DNA of 64,000 bases from Auanema rhodensis (taxonomy: Eukaryota > Animalia > Nematoda). The stretch is taken from NCBI GenBank assembly GCA_964057225.1, contig OZ059899.1:2418001-2482000 (forward strand), written 5' to 3'. The translations under genes were made by a program, and so were the position numbers. This document shows, piece by piece, positions 52,401 to 64,000 of the stretch. The notes below the pieces were generated by a model, which saw only the letters and a list, made by a program, of their open reading frames with translations, did no database searches and was not told the DNA's origin. Every line of letters starts with the position of its first letter. The stretch's first letter is position 1.

Positions 52401-55400
52401 AATAACATTGTCTATCGTCTTTGCCTTGAAAAATGGAATTTAAAAACATCTACTTTTTGCTAAATTATTTTGAAATTTTTCGAAAAAATTTTTGTCAAAA
52501 TGTTTTTGGAAGCAATGTTGAGTGTACATGGAAACTCAACATACACTAATGCATCATTTTTCAAACAATCATAACTAATTTGTGTATTAAGCGTTTCTCA
52601 ATGTAGTATAGTGCATTCAATGCGGATTTTTAAGCTGCGTCGATCTGTGTTATCAGATTTGCGCTAGCTTAAAAATGCACCGAGATATCAACTGATATAA
52701 GTTCACACTTATATCCTCGATTTTCACCCTGAAGAATTGATTTTTTCGTTGAATAACATTGTCTATCGTCTTTGCCTTGAAAAATGGAATCTAAAAACAT
52801 CTACTTTTTGCTAAATTATTTTGAAATTTTTCGAAAAAATTTTTGTCAAAATGTTTTTGGAAGCAATGTTGAGTGTACATGGAAACTCAACATACACTAA
52901 TGCATCATTTTTCAAACGATCATAACTAATTTTTGTATCAAGCGTTTCTCAATGTAGTATAGTGCATTCGATGCGGATTTTTAAGCTGCGTCGATCTGTG
53001 TTATCAGATTTGCGCTAGCTTAAAAATGCACCGAGATATCAACTGATATAAGTTCACACTTATATCCTCGATTTTCACCCTGAAGAATTAATTTTTTCGT
53101 TGAATAACATTGTTCATCGTCTTTGCCTTGGAAAATGGAATCTAAAAACATCTACTTTTTGCTAAATTATTTTGAAATTTTTGGAAAAAATTTTTGTCAA
53201 AATGTTTTTGGAAGCAATGTTGAGTGTACATGGAAACTCAACATACACTAATGCATCATTTTTCAAACGATCATAACTAATTTTTGTATCAAACGTTTCT
53301 CAATGTAGTATAGTGCATTCGATGCGGATTTTTAAGCTGCGTCGATCTGTGTTATCAGATTTGCGCTAGCTTAAAAATGCACCGAGATATCAACTGATAT
53401 AAGTTCACACTTATATCCTCGATTTTCACCCTGAAGAATTGATTTTTTCGTTGAATAACATTGTCTATCGTCTTTGCCTTGAAAAATGGAATCTAAAAAC
53501 ATCTACTTTTTGCTAAATTATTTTGAAATTTTTCGAAAAAATTTTTGTCAAAATGTTTTTGGAAGCAATGTTGAGTGTACATGGAAACTCAACATACACT
53601 AATGCATCATTTTTCAAACAATCATAACTAATTTGTGTATTAAGCGTTTCTCAATGTAGTATAGTGCATTCGATGCGGATTTTTAAGCTGCGTCGATCTG
53701 TGTTATCAGATTTGCGCTAGCTTAAAAATGCACCGAGATATCAACTGATATAAGTTCACACTTATATCCTCGATTTTCACCCTGAAGAATTGATTTTTTC
53801 GTTGAATAACATTGTCTATCGTCTTTGCCTTGAAAAATGGAATTTAAAAACATCTACTTTTTGCTAAATTATTTTGAAATTTTTCGAAAAAATTTTTGTC
53901 AAAATGTTTTTGGAAGCAATGTTGAGTGTACATGGAAACTCAACATACACTAATGCATCATTTTTCAAACAATCATAACTAATTTGTGTATTAAGCGTTT
54001 CTCAATGTAGTATAGTGCATTCAATGCGGATTTTTAAGCTGCGTCGATCTGTGTTATCAGATTTGCGCTAGCTTAAAAATGCACCGAGATATCAACTGAT
54101 ATAAGTTCACACTTATATCCTCGATTTTCACCCTGAAGAATTGATTTTTTCGTTGAATAACATTGTCTATCGTCTTTGCCTTGAAAAATGGAATTTAAAA
54201 ACATCTACTTTTTGCTAAATTATTTTGAAATTTTTCGAAAAAATTTTTGTCAAAATGTTTTTGGAAGCAATGTTGAGTGTACATGGAAACTCAACATACA
54301 CTAATGCATCATTTTTCAAACAATCATAACTAATTTGTGTATTAAGCGTTTCTCAATGTAGTATAGTGCATTCGATGCGGATTTTTAAGCTGCGTCGATC
54401 TGTGTTATCAGATTTGCGCTAGCTTAAAAATGCACCGAGATATCAACTGATATAAGTTCACACTTATATCCTCGATTTTCACCCTGAAGAATTGATTTTT
54501 CGTTGAATAACATTGTCTATCGTCTTTGTCTTGAAAAATGGAATCTAAAAACATCTACTTTTTGCTAAATTATTTTGAAATTTTTCGAAAAAATTTTTGT
54601 CAAAATGTTTTTGGAAGCAATGTTGAGTGTACATGGAAACTCAACATACACTAATGCATCATTTTTCAAACGATCATAACTAATTTTTGTATCAAGCGTT
54701 TCTCGATGTAGTATAGTGCATTCGATGCGGATTTTTAAGCTGCGTCGATCTGTGTTATCAGATTTGCGCTAGCTTAAAAATGCACCGAGATATCAACTGA
54801 TATAAGTTCACACTTATATCCTCGATTTTCACCCTGAAGAATTGATTTTTTCGTTGAATAACATTGTCTATCGTCTTTGCCTTGAAAAATGGAATTTAAA
54901 AACATCTACTTTTTGCTAAATTATTTTGAAATTTTTCGAAAAAATTTTTGTCAAAATGTTTTTGGAAGCAATGTTGAGTGTACATGGAAACTCAACATAC
55001 ACTAATGCATCATTTTTCAAACAATCATAACTAATTTGTGTATTAAGCGTTTCTCAATGTAGTATAGTGCATTCGATGCGGATTTTTAAGCTGCGTCGAT
55101 CTGTGTTATCAGATTTGCGCTAGCTTAAAAATGCACCGAGATATCAACTGATATAAGTTCACACTTATATCCTCGATTTTCACCCTGAAGAATTGATTTT
55201 TCGTTGAATAACATTGTCTATCGTCTTTGTCTTGAAAAATGGAATCTAAAAACATCTACTTTTTGCTAAATTATTTTGAAATTTTTCGAAAAAATTTTTG
55301 TCAAAATGTTTTTGGAAGCAATGTTGAGTGTACATGGAAACTCAACATACACTAATGCATCATTTTTCAAACGATCATAACTAATTTTTGTATCAAGCGT

Positions 55401-58400
55401 TTCTCGATGTAGTATAGTGCATTCGATGCGGATTTTTAAGCTGCGTCGATCTGTGTTATCAGATTTGCGCTAGCTTAAAAATGCACCGAGATATCAACTG
55501 ATATAAGTTCACACTTATATCCTCGATTTTCACCCTGAATAATTGATTTTTTCGTTGAATAACATTGTCTATCGTCTTTGCCTTGAAAAATGGAATCTAA
55601 AAACATCTACTTTTTGCTAAATTATTTTGAAATTTTTCGAAAAAATTTTTGTCAAAATGTTTTTGGAAGCAATGTTGAGTGTACATGGAAACTCAACATA
55701 CACTAATGCATCATTTTTCAAACGATCATAACTAATTTGTGTATTAAGCGTTTCTCAATGTAGTATAGTGCATTCGATGCGGATTTTTAAGCTGCGTCGA
55801 TCTGTGTTATCAGATTTGCGCTAGCTTAAAAATGCACCGAGATATCAACTGATATAAGTTCACACTTATATCCTCGATTTTCACCCTGAAGAATTGATTT
55901 TTTCGTTGAATAACATTGTCTATCGTCTTTGCCTTGAAAAATGGAATCTAAAAACATCTACTTTTTGCTAAATTATTTTGAAATTTTTCGAAAAAATTTT
56001 TGTCAAAATGTTTTTGGAAGCAATGTTGAGTGTACATGGAAACTCAACATACACTAATGCATCATTTTTCAAACAATCATAACTAATTTGTGTATTAAGC
56101 GTTTCTCAATGTAGTATAGTGCATTCAATGCGGATTTTTAAGCTGCGTCGATCTGTGTTATCAGATTTGCGCTAGCTTAAAAATGCACCGAGATATCAAC
56201 TGATATAAGTTCACACTTATATCCTCGATTTTCACCCTGAAGAATTGATTTTTTCGTTGAATAACATTGTCTATCGTCTTTGCCTTGGAAAATGGAATCT
56301 AAAAACATCTACTTTTTGCTAAATTATTTTGAAATTTTTCGAAAAAATTTTTGTCAAAATGTTTTTGGAAGCAATGTTGAGTGTACATGGAAACTCAACA
56401 TACACTAATGCATCATTTTTCAAACGATCATAACTAATTTTTGTATCAAGCGTTTCTCAATGTAGTATAGTGCATTCGATGCGGATTTTTAAGCTGCGTC
56501 GATCTGTGTTATCAGATTTGCGCTAGCTTAAAAATGCACCGAGATATCAACTGATATAAGTTCACACTTATATCCTCGATTTTCACCCTGAAGAATTAAT
56601 TTTTTCGTTGAATAACATTGTCCATCGTCTTTGCCTTGGAAAATGGAATCTAAAAACATCTACTTTTTGCTAAATTATTTTGAAATTTTTGGAAAAAATT
56701 TTTGTCAAAATGTTTTTGGAAGCAATGTTGAGTGTACATGGAAACTCAACATACACTAATGCATCATTTTTCAAACGATCATAACTAATTTTTGTATCAA
56801 ACGTTTCTCAATGTAGTATAGTGCATTCGATGCGGATTTTTAAGCTGCGTCGATCTGTGTTATCAGATTTGCGCTAGCTTAAAAATGCACCGAGATATCA
56901 ACTGATATAAGTTCACACTTATATCCTCGATTTTCACCCTGAAGAATTGATTTTTTCGTTGAATAACATTGTCTATCGTCTTTGCCTTGAAAAATGGAAT
57001 CTAAAAACATCTACTTTTTGCTAAATTATTTTGAAATTTTTCGAAAAAATTTTTGTCAAAATGTTTTTGGAAGCAATGTTGAGTGTACATGGAAACTCAA
57101 CATACACTAATGCATCATTTTTCAAACAATCATAACTAATTTGTGTATTAAGCGTTTCTCAATGTAGTATAGTGCATTCGATGCGGATTTTTAAGCTGCG
57201 TCGATCTGTGTTATCAGATTTGCGCTAGCTTAAAAATGCACCGAGATATCAACTGATATAAGTTCACACTTATATCCTCGATTTTCACCCTGAAGAATTG
57301 ATTTTTCGTTGAATAACATTGTCCATCGTCTTTGCCTTGGAAAATGGAATCTAAAAACATCTACTTTTTGCTAAATTATTTTGAAATTTTTGGAAAAAAT
57401 TTTTGTCAAAATGTTTTTGGAAGCAATGTTGAGTGTACATGGAAACTCAACATACACTAATGCATCATTTTTCAAACGATCATAACTAATTTTTGTATCA
57501 AACGTTTCTCAATGTAGTATAGTGCATTCGATGCGGATTTTTAAGCTGCGTCGATCTGTGTTATCAGATTTGCGCTAGCTTAAAAATGCACCGAGATATC
57601 AACTGATATAAGTTCACACTTATATCCTCGATTTTCACCCTGAACAATTGATTTTTTCGTTGAATAACATTGTCTATCGTCTTTGCCTTGAAAAATGGAA
57701 TCTAAAAACATCTACTTTTTGCTAAATTATTTTGAAATTTTTCGAAAAAATTTTTGTCAAAATGTTTTTGGAAGCAATGTTGAGTGTACATGGAAACTCA
57801 ACATACACTAATGCATCATTTTTCAAACAATCATAACTAATTTGTGTATTAAGCGTTTCTCAATGTAGTATAGTGCATTCGATGCGGATTTTTAAGCTGC
57901 GTCGATCTGTGTTATCAGATTTGCGCTAGCTTAAAAATGCACCGAGATATCAACTGATATAAGTTCACACTTATATCCTCGATTTTCACCCTGAAGAATT
58001 AATTTTTTCGTTGAATAACATTGTCCATCGTCTTTGCCTTGGAAAATGGAATCTAAAAACATCTACTTTTTGCTAAATTATTTTGAAATTTTTGGAAAAA
58101 ATTTTTGTCAAAATGTTTTTGGAAGCAATGTTGAGTGTACATGGAAACTCAACATACACTAATGCATCATTTTTCAAACGATCATAACTAATTTTTGTAT
58201 CAAGCGTTTCTCAATGTAGTATAGTGCATTCGATGCGGATTTTTAAGCTGCGTCGATCTGTGTTATCAGATTTGCGCTAGCTTAAAAATGCACCGAGATA
58301 TCAACTGATATAAGTTCACACTTATATCCTCGATTTTCACCCTGAAGAATTAATTTTTTCGTTGAATAACATTGTCCATCGTCTTTGCCTTGGAAAATGG

Positions 58401-61400
58401 AATCTAAAAACATCTACTTTTTGCTAAATTATTTTGAAATTTTTGGAAAAAATTTTTGTCAAAATGTTTTTGGAAGCAATGTTGAGTGTACATGGAAACT
58501 CAACATACACTAATGCATCATTTTTCAAACGATCATAACTAATTTTTGTATCAAACGTTTCTCAATGTAGTATAGTGCATTCGATGCGGATTTTTAAGCT
58601 GCGTCGATCTGTGTTATCAGATTTGCGCTAGCTTAAAAATGCACCGAGATATCAACTGATATAAGTTCACACTTATATCCTCGATTTTCACCCTGAAGAA
58701 TTGATTTTTTCGTTGAATAACATTGTCTATCGTCTTTGCCTTGAAAAATGGAATCTAAAAACATCTACTTTTTGCTAAATTATTTTGAAATTTTTCGAAA
58801 AAATTTTTGTCAAAATGTTTTTGGAAGCAATGTTGAGTGTACATGGAAACTCAACATACACTAATGCATCATTTTTCAAACAATCATAACTAATTTGTGT
58901 ATTAAGCGTTTCTCAATGTAGTATAGTGCATTCAATGCGGATTTTTAAGCTGCGTCGATCTGTGTTATCAGATTTGCGCTAGCTTAAAAATGCACCGAGA
59001 TATCAACTGATATAAGTTCACACTTATATCCTCGATTTTCACCCTGAAGAATTGATTTTTTCGTTGAATAACATTGTCTATCGTCTTTGCCTTGGAAAAT
59101 GGAATCTAAAAACATCTACTTTTTGCTAAATTATTTTGAAATTTTTCGAAAAAATTTTTGTCAAAATGTTTTTGGAAGCAATGTTGAGTGTACATGGAAA
59201 CTCAACATACACTAATGCATCATTTTTCAAACGATCATAACTAATTTTTGTATCAAGCGTTTCTCAATGTAGTATAGTGCATTCGATGCGGATTTTTAAG
59301 CTGCGTCGATCTGTGTTATCAGATTTGCGCTAGCTTAAAAATGCACCGAGATATCAACTGATATAAGTTCACACTTATATCCTCGATTTTCACCCTGAAG
59401 AATTAATTTTTTCGTTGAATAACATTGTCCATCGTCTTTGCCTTGGAAAATGGAATCTAAAAACATCTACTTTTTGCTAAATTATTTTGAAATTTTTGGA
59501 AAAAATTTTTGTCAAAATGTTTTTGGAAGCAATGTTGAGTGTACATGGAAACTCAACATACACTAATGCATCATTTTTCAAACGATCATAACTAATTTTT
59601 GTATCAAACGTTTCTCAATGTAGTATAGTGCATTCGATGCGGATTTTTAAGCTGCGTCGATCTGTGTTATCAGATTTGCGCTAGCTTAAAAATGCACCGA
59701 GATATCAACTGATATAAGTTCACACTTATATCCTCGATTTTCACCCTGAAGAATTGATTTTTTCGTTGAATAACATTGTCTATCGTCTTTGCCTTGAAAA
59801 ATGGAATCTAAAAACATCTACTTTTTGCTAAATTATTTTGAAATTTTTCGAAAAAATTTTTGTCAAAATGTTTTTGGAAGCAATGTTGAGTGTACATGGA
59901 AACTCAACATACACTAATGCATCATTTTTCAAACAATCATAACTAATTTGTGTATTAAGCGTTTCTCAATGTAGTATAGTGCATTCGATGCGGATTTTTA
60001 AGCTGCGTCGATCTGTGTTATCAGATTTGCGCTAGCTTAAAAATGCACCGAGATATCAACTGATATAAGTTCACACTTATATCCTCGATTTTCACCCTGA
60101 AGAATTGATTTTTCGTTGAATAACATTGTCCATCGTCTTTGCCTTGGAAAATGGAATCTAAAAACATCTACTTTTTGCTAAATTATTTTGAAATTTTTGG
60201 AAAAAATTTTTGTCAAAATGTTTTTGGAAGCAATGTTGAGTGTACATGGAAACTCAACATACACTAATGCATCATTTTTCAAACGATCATAACTAATTTT
60301 TGTATCAAACGTTTCTCAATGTAGTATAGTGCATTCGATGCGGATTTTTAAGCTGCGTCGATCTGTGTTATCAGATTTGCGCTAGCTTAAAAATGCACCG
60401 AGATATCAACTGATATAAGTTCACACTTATATCCTCGATTTTCACCCTGAAGAATTGATTTTTTCGTTGAATAACATTGTCTATCGTCTTTGCCTTGAAA
60501 AATGGAATCTAAAAACATCTACTTTTTGCTAAATTATTTTGAAATTTTTCGAAAAAATTTTTGTCAAAATGTTTTTGGAAGCAATGTTGAGTGTACATGG
60601 AAACTCAACATACACTAATGCATCATTTTTCAAACAATCATAACTAATTTGTGTATTAAGCGTTTCTCAATGTAGTATAGTGCATTCGATGCGGATTTTT
60701 AAGCTGCGTCGATCTGTGTTATCAGATTTGCGCTAGCTTAAAAATGCACCGAGATATCAACTGATATAAGTTCACACTTATATCCTCGATTTTCACCCTG
60801 AAGAATTAATTTTTTCGTTGAATAACATTGTCCATCGTCTTTGCCTTGGAAAATGGAATCTAAAAACATCTACTTTTTGCTAAATTATTTTGAAATTTTT
60901 GGAAAAAATTTTTGTCAAAATGTTTTTGGAAGCAATGTTGAGTGTACATGGAAACTCAACATACACTAATGCATCATTTTTCAAACGATCATAACTAATT
61001 TTTGTATCAAACGTTTCTCAATGTAGTATAGTGCATTCAATGCGGATTTTTAAGCTGCGTCGATCTGTGTTATCAGATTTGCGCTAGCTTAAAAATGCAC
61101 CGAGATATCAACTGATATAAGTTCACACTTATATCCTCGATTTTCACCCTGAAGAATTAATTTTTTCGTTGAATAACATTGTCCATCGTCTTTGCCTTGG
61201 AAAATGGAATCTAAAAACATCTACTTTTTGCTAAATTATTTTGAAATTTTTGGAAAAAATTTTTGTCAAAATGTTTTTGGAAGCAATGTTGAGTGTACAT
61301 GGAAACTCAACATACACTAATGCATCATTTTTCAAACGATCATAACTAATTTTTGTATCAAACGTTTCTCAATGTAGTATAGTGCATTCGATGCGGATTT

Positions 61401-64000
61401 TTAAGCTGCGTCGATCTGTGTTATCAGATTTGCGCTAGCTTAAAAATGCACCGAGATATCAACTGATATAAGTTCACACTTATATCCTCGATTTTCACCC
61501 TGAAGAATTGATTTTTTCGTTGAATAACATTGTCTATCGTCTTTGCCTTGAAAAATGGAATCTAAAAACATCTACTTTTTGCTAAATTATTTTGAAATTT
61601 TTCGAAAAAATTTTTGTCAAAATGTTTTTGGAAGCAATGTTGAGTGTACATGGAAACTCAACATACACTAATGCATCATTTTTCAAACAATCATAACTAA
61701 TTTGTGTATTAAGCGTTTCTCAATGTAGTATAGTGCATTCGATGCGGATTTTTAAGCTGCGTCGATCTGTGTTATCAGATTTGCGCTAGCTTAAAAATGC
61801 ACCGAGATATCAACTGATATAAGTTCACACTTATATCCTCGATTTTCACCCTGAAGAATTAATTTTTTCGTTGAATAACATTGTCCATCGTCTTTGCCTT
61901 GGAAAATGGAATCTAAAAACATCTACTTTTTGCTAAATTATTTTGAAATTTTTGGAAAAAATTTTTGTCAAAATGTTTTTGGAAGCAATGTTGAGTGTAC
62001 ATGGAAACTCAACATACACTAATGCATCATTTTTCAAACGATCATAACTAATTTTTGTATCAAACGTTTCTCAATGTAGTATAGTGCATTCAATGCGGAT
62101 TTTTAAGCTGCGTCGATCTGTGTTATCAGATTTGCGCTAGCTTAAAAATGCACCGAGATATCAACTGATATAAGTTCACACTTATATCCTCGATTTTCAC
62201 CCTGAAGAATTGATTTTTCGTTGAATAACATTGTCTATCGTCTTTGCCTTGAAAAATGGAATTTAAAAACATCTACTTTTTGCTAAATTATTTTGAAATT
62301 TTTCGAAAAAATTTTTGTCAAAATGTTTTTGGAAGCAATGTTGAGTGTACATGGAAACTCAACATACACTAATGCATCATTTTTCAAACGATCATAACTA
62401 ATTTTTGTATCAAACGTTTCTCAATGTAGTATAGTGCATTCGATGCGGATTTTTAAGCTGCGTCGATCTGTGTTATCAGATTTGCGCTAGCTTAAAAATG
62501 CACCGAGATATCAACTGATATAAGTTCACACTTATATCCTCGATTTTCACCCTGAAGAATTAATTTTTTCGTTGAATAACATTGTCCATCGTCTTTGCCT
62601 TGGAAAATGGAATCTAAAAACATCTACTTTTTGCTAAATTATTTTGAAATTTTTGGAAAAAATTTTTGTCAAAATGTTTTTGGAAGCAATGTTGAGTGTA
62701 CATGGAAACTCAACATACACTAATGCATCATTTTTCAAACGATCATAACTAATTTTTGTATCAAACGTTTCTCAATGTAGTATAGTGCATTCAATGCGGA
62801 TTTTTAAGCTGCGTCGATCTGTGTTATCAGATTTGCGCTAGCTTAAAAATGCACCGAGATATCAACTGATATAAGTTCACACTTATATCCTCGATTTTCA
62901 CCCTGAAGAATTGATTTTTCGTTGAATAACATTGTCTATCGTCTTTGCCTTGAAAAATGGAATTTAAAAACATCTACTTTTTGCTAAATTATTTTGAAAT
63001 TTTTGGAAAAAATTTTTGTCAAAATGTTTTTGGAAGCAATGTTGAGTGTACATGGAAACTCAACATACACTAATGCATCATTTTTCAAACGATCATAACT
63101 AATTTTTGTATCAAACGTTTCTCAATGTAGTAAAGTGCATTCAATGCGGATTTTTAAGCTGCGTCGATCTGTGTTATCAGATTTGCGCTAGCTTAAAAAT
63201 GCACCGAGATATCAACTGATATAAGTTCACACTTATATCCTCGATTTTCACCCTGAAGAATTGATTTTTTCGTTGAATAACATTGTCTATCGTCTTTGCC
63301 TTGAAAAATGGAATCTAAAAACATCTACTTTTTGCTAAATTATTTTGAAATTTTTGGAAAAAATTTTTGTCAAAATGTTTTTGGAAGCAATGTTGAGTGT
63401 ACATGGAAACTCAACATACACTAATGCATCATTTTTCAAACGATCATAACTAATTTTTGTATCAAACGTTTCTCAATGTAGTATAGTGCATTCGATGCGG
63501 ATTTTTAAGCTGCGTCGATCTGTGTTATCAGATTTGCGCTAGCTTAAAAATGCACCGAGATATCAACTGATATAAGTTCACACTTATATCCTCGATTTTC
63601 ACCCTGAAGAATTGATTTTTTCGTTGAATAACATTGTCTATCGTCTTTGCCTTGAAAAATGGAATCTGAAAACATCTACTTTTTGCTAAATTATTTTGAA
63701 ATTTTTCGAAAAAATTTTTGTCAAAATGTTTTTGGAAGCAATGTTGAGTGTACATGGAAACTCAACATACACTAATGCATCATTTTTCAAACAATCATAA
63801 CTAATTTGTGTATTAAGCGTTTCTCAATGTAGTATAGTGCATTCGATGCGGATTTTTAAGCTGCGTCGATCTGTGTTATCAGATTTGCGCTAGCTTAAAA
63901 ATGCACCGAGATATCAACTGATATAAGTTCACACTTATATCCTCGATTTTCACCCTGAAGAATTAATTTTTTCGTTGAATAACATTGTCCATAGTCTTTG

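Larger units (their letters stand above)
1..64000. repeat. Tandem satellite DNA array, 351-bp monomer (25 copies are 350 bp), 182 complete copies plus a partial copy, single orientation; no array boundary inside the window
   Basis: AAGCTGCGTCGATCTG recurs at 1, 352, 703, 1054 ... 63507, 63858. The expected start of copy 183 is 182x351+1=63883 versus 63858 observed, a 25-bp deficit that matches the 25 monomers with T5 instead of T6 at m110-115. Types B and D, the most different common types, differ at 9 of 351 positions. Confidence 0.99.

Noticed and set aside
63528-63755. 75-aa minus-strand ORF (MYTQHCFQ...)
   Set aside because: It lies within one satellite monomer. A private A>G at 63668 converts the usual minus-strand TAG into CAG. 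Other copies have TAG or TAA there, or are frameshifted (the 161C E-types). The F/K/N-rich composition reflects A/T tracts and I recognise no domain.
1-64000. CRISPR array (regularly spaced palindromic repeats)
   Set aside because: There are no unique spacers: the whole 351-bp unit is repeated. No cas ORFs are present.

Overview
The whole 64-kb window is one uninterrupted head-to-tail tandem array of an AT-rich satellite monomer of 351 bp (about 68% A+T; 111/351 G+C in copy 1). Phased on AAGCTGCGTCGATC, I count 182 complete monomers plus a 143-bp partial one at 63858-64000. Of these, 25 are 350 bp because one T is missing from a T6 run. All copies are in the same orientation and are about 97-100% identical. 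I see no genes, transposon insertions, inversions or unique spacers; the single predicted ORF arises from one private SNP. This looks like eukaryotic satellite DNA, possibly (peri)centromeric, but I cannot name the family or species. Two kinds of structure stand out. (1) The monomer is densely packed with nested inverted repeats, including a ~67-bp imperfect hairpin that could also be read as MITE-like terminal inverted repeats. (2) Diagnostic SNPs sort the monomers into types (called A-E here) that form local, short-lived higher-order repeats (3-, 4-, 5-, 7- and 9-mers), chimeric monomers and kb-scale duplications. I found no support for a novel protein-coding system. Monomer positions (m#) refer to copy 1, where m1 = base 1. 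All typing was done by eye.
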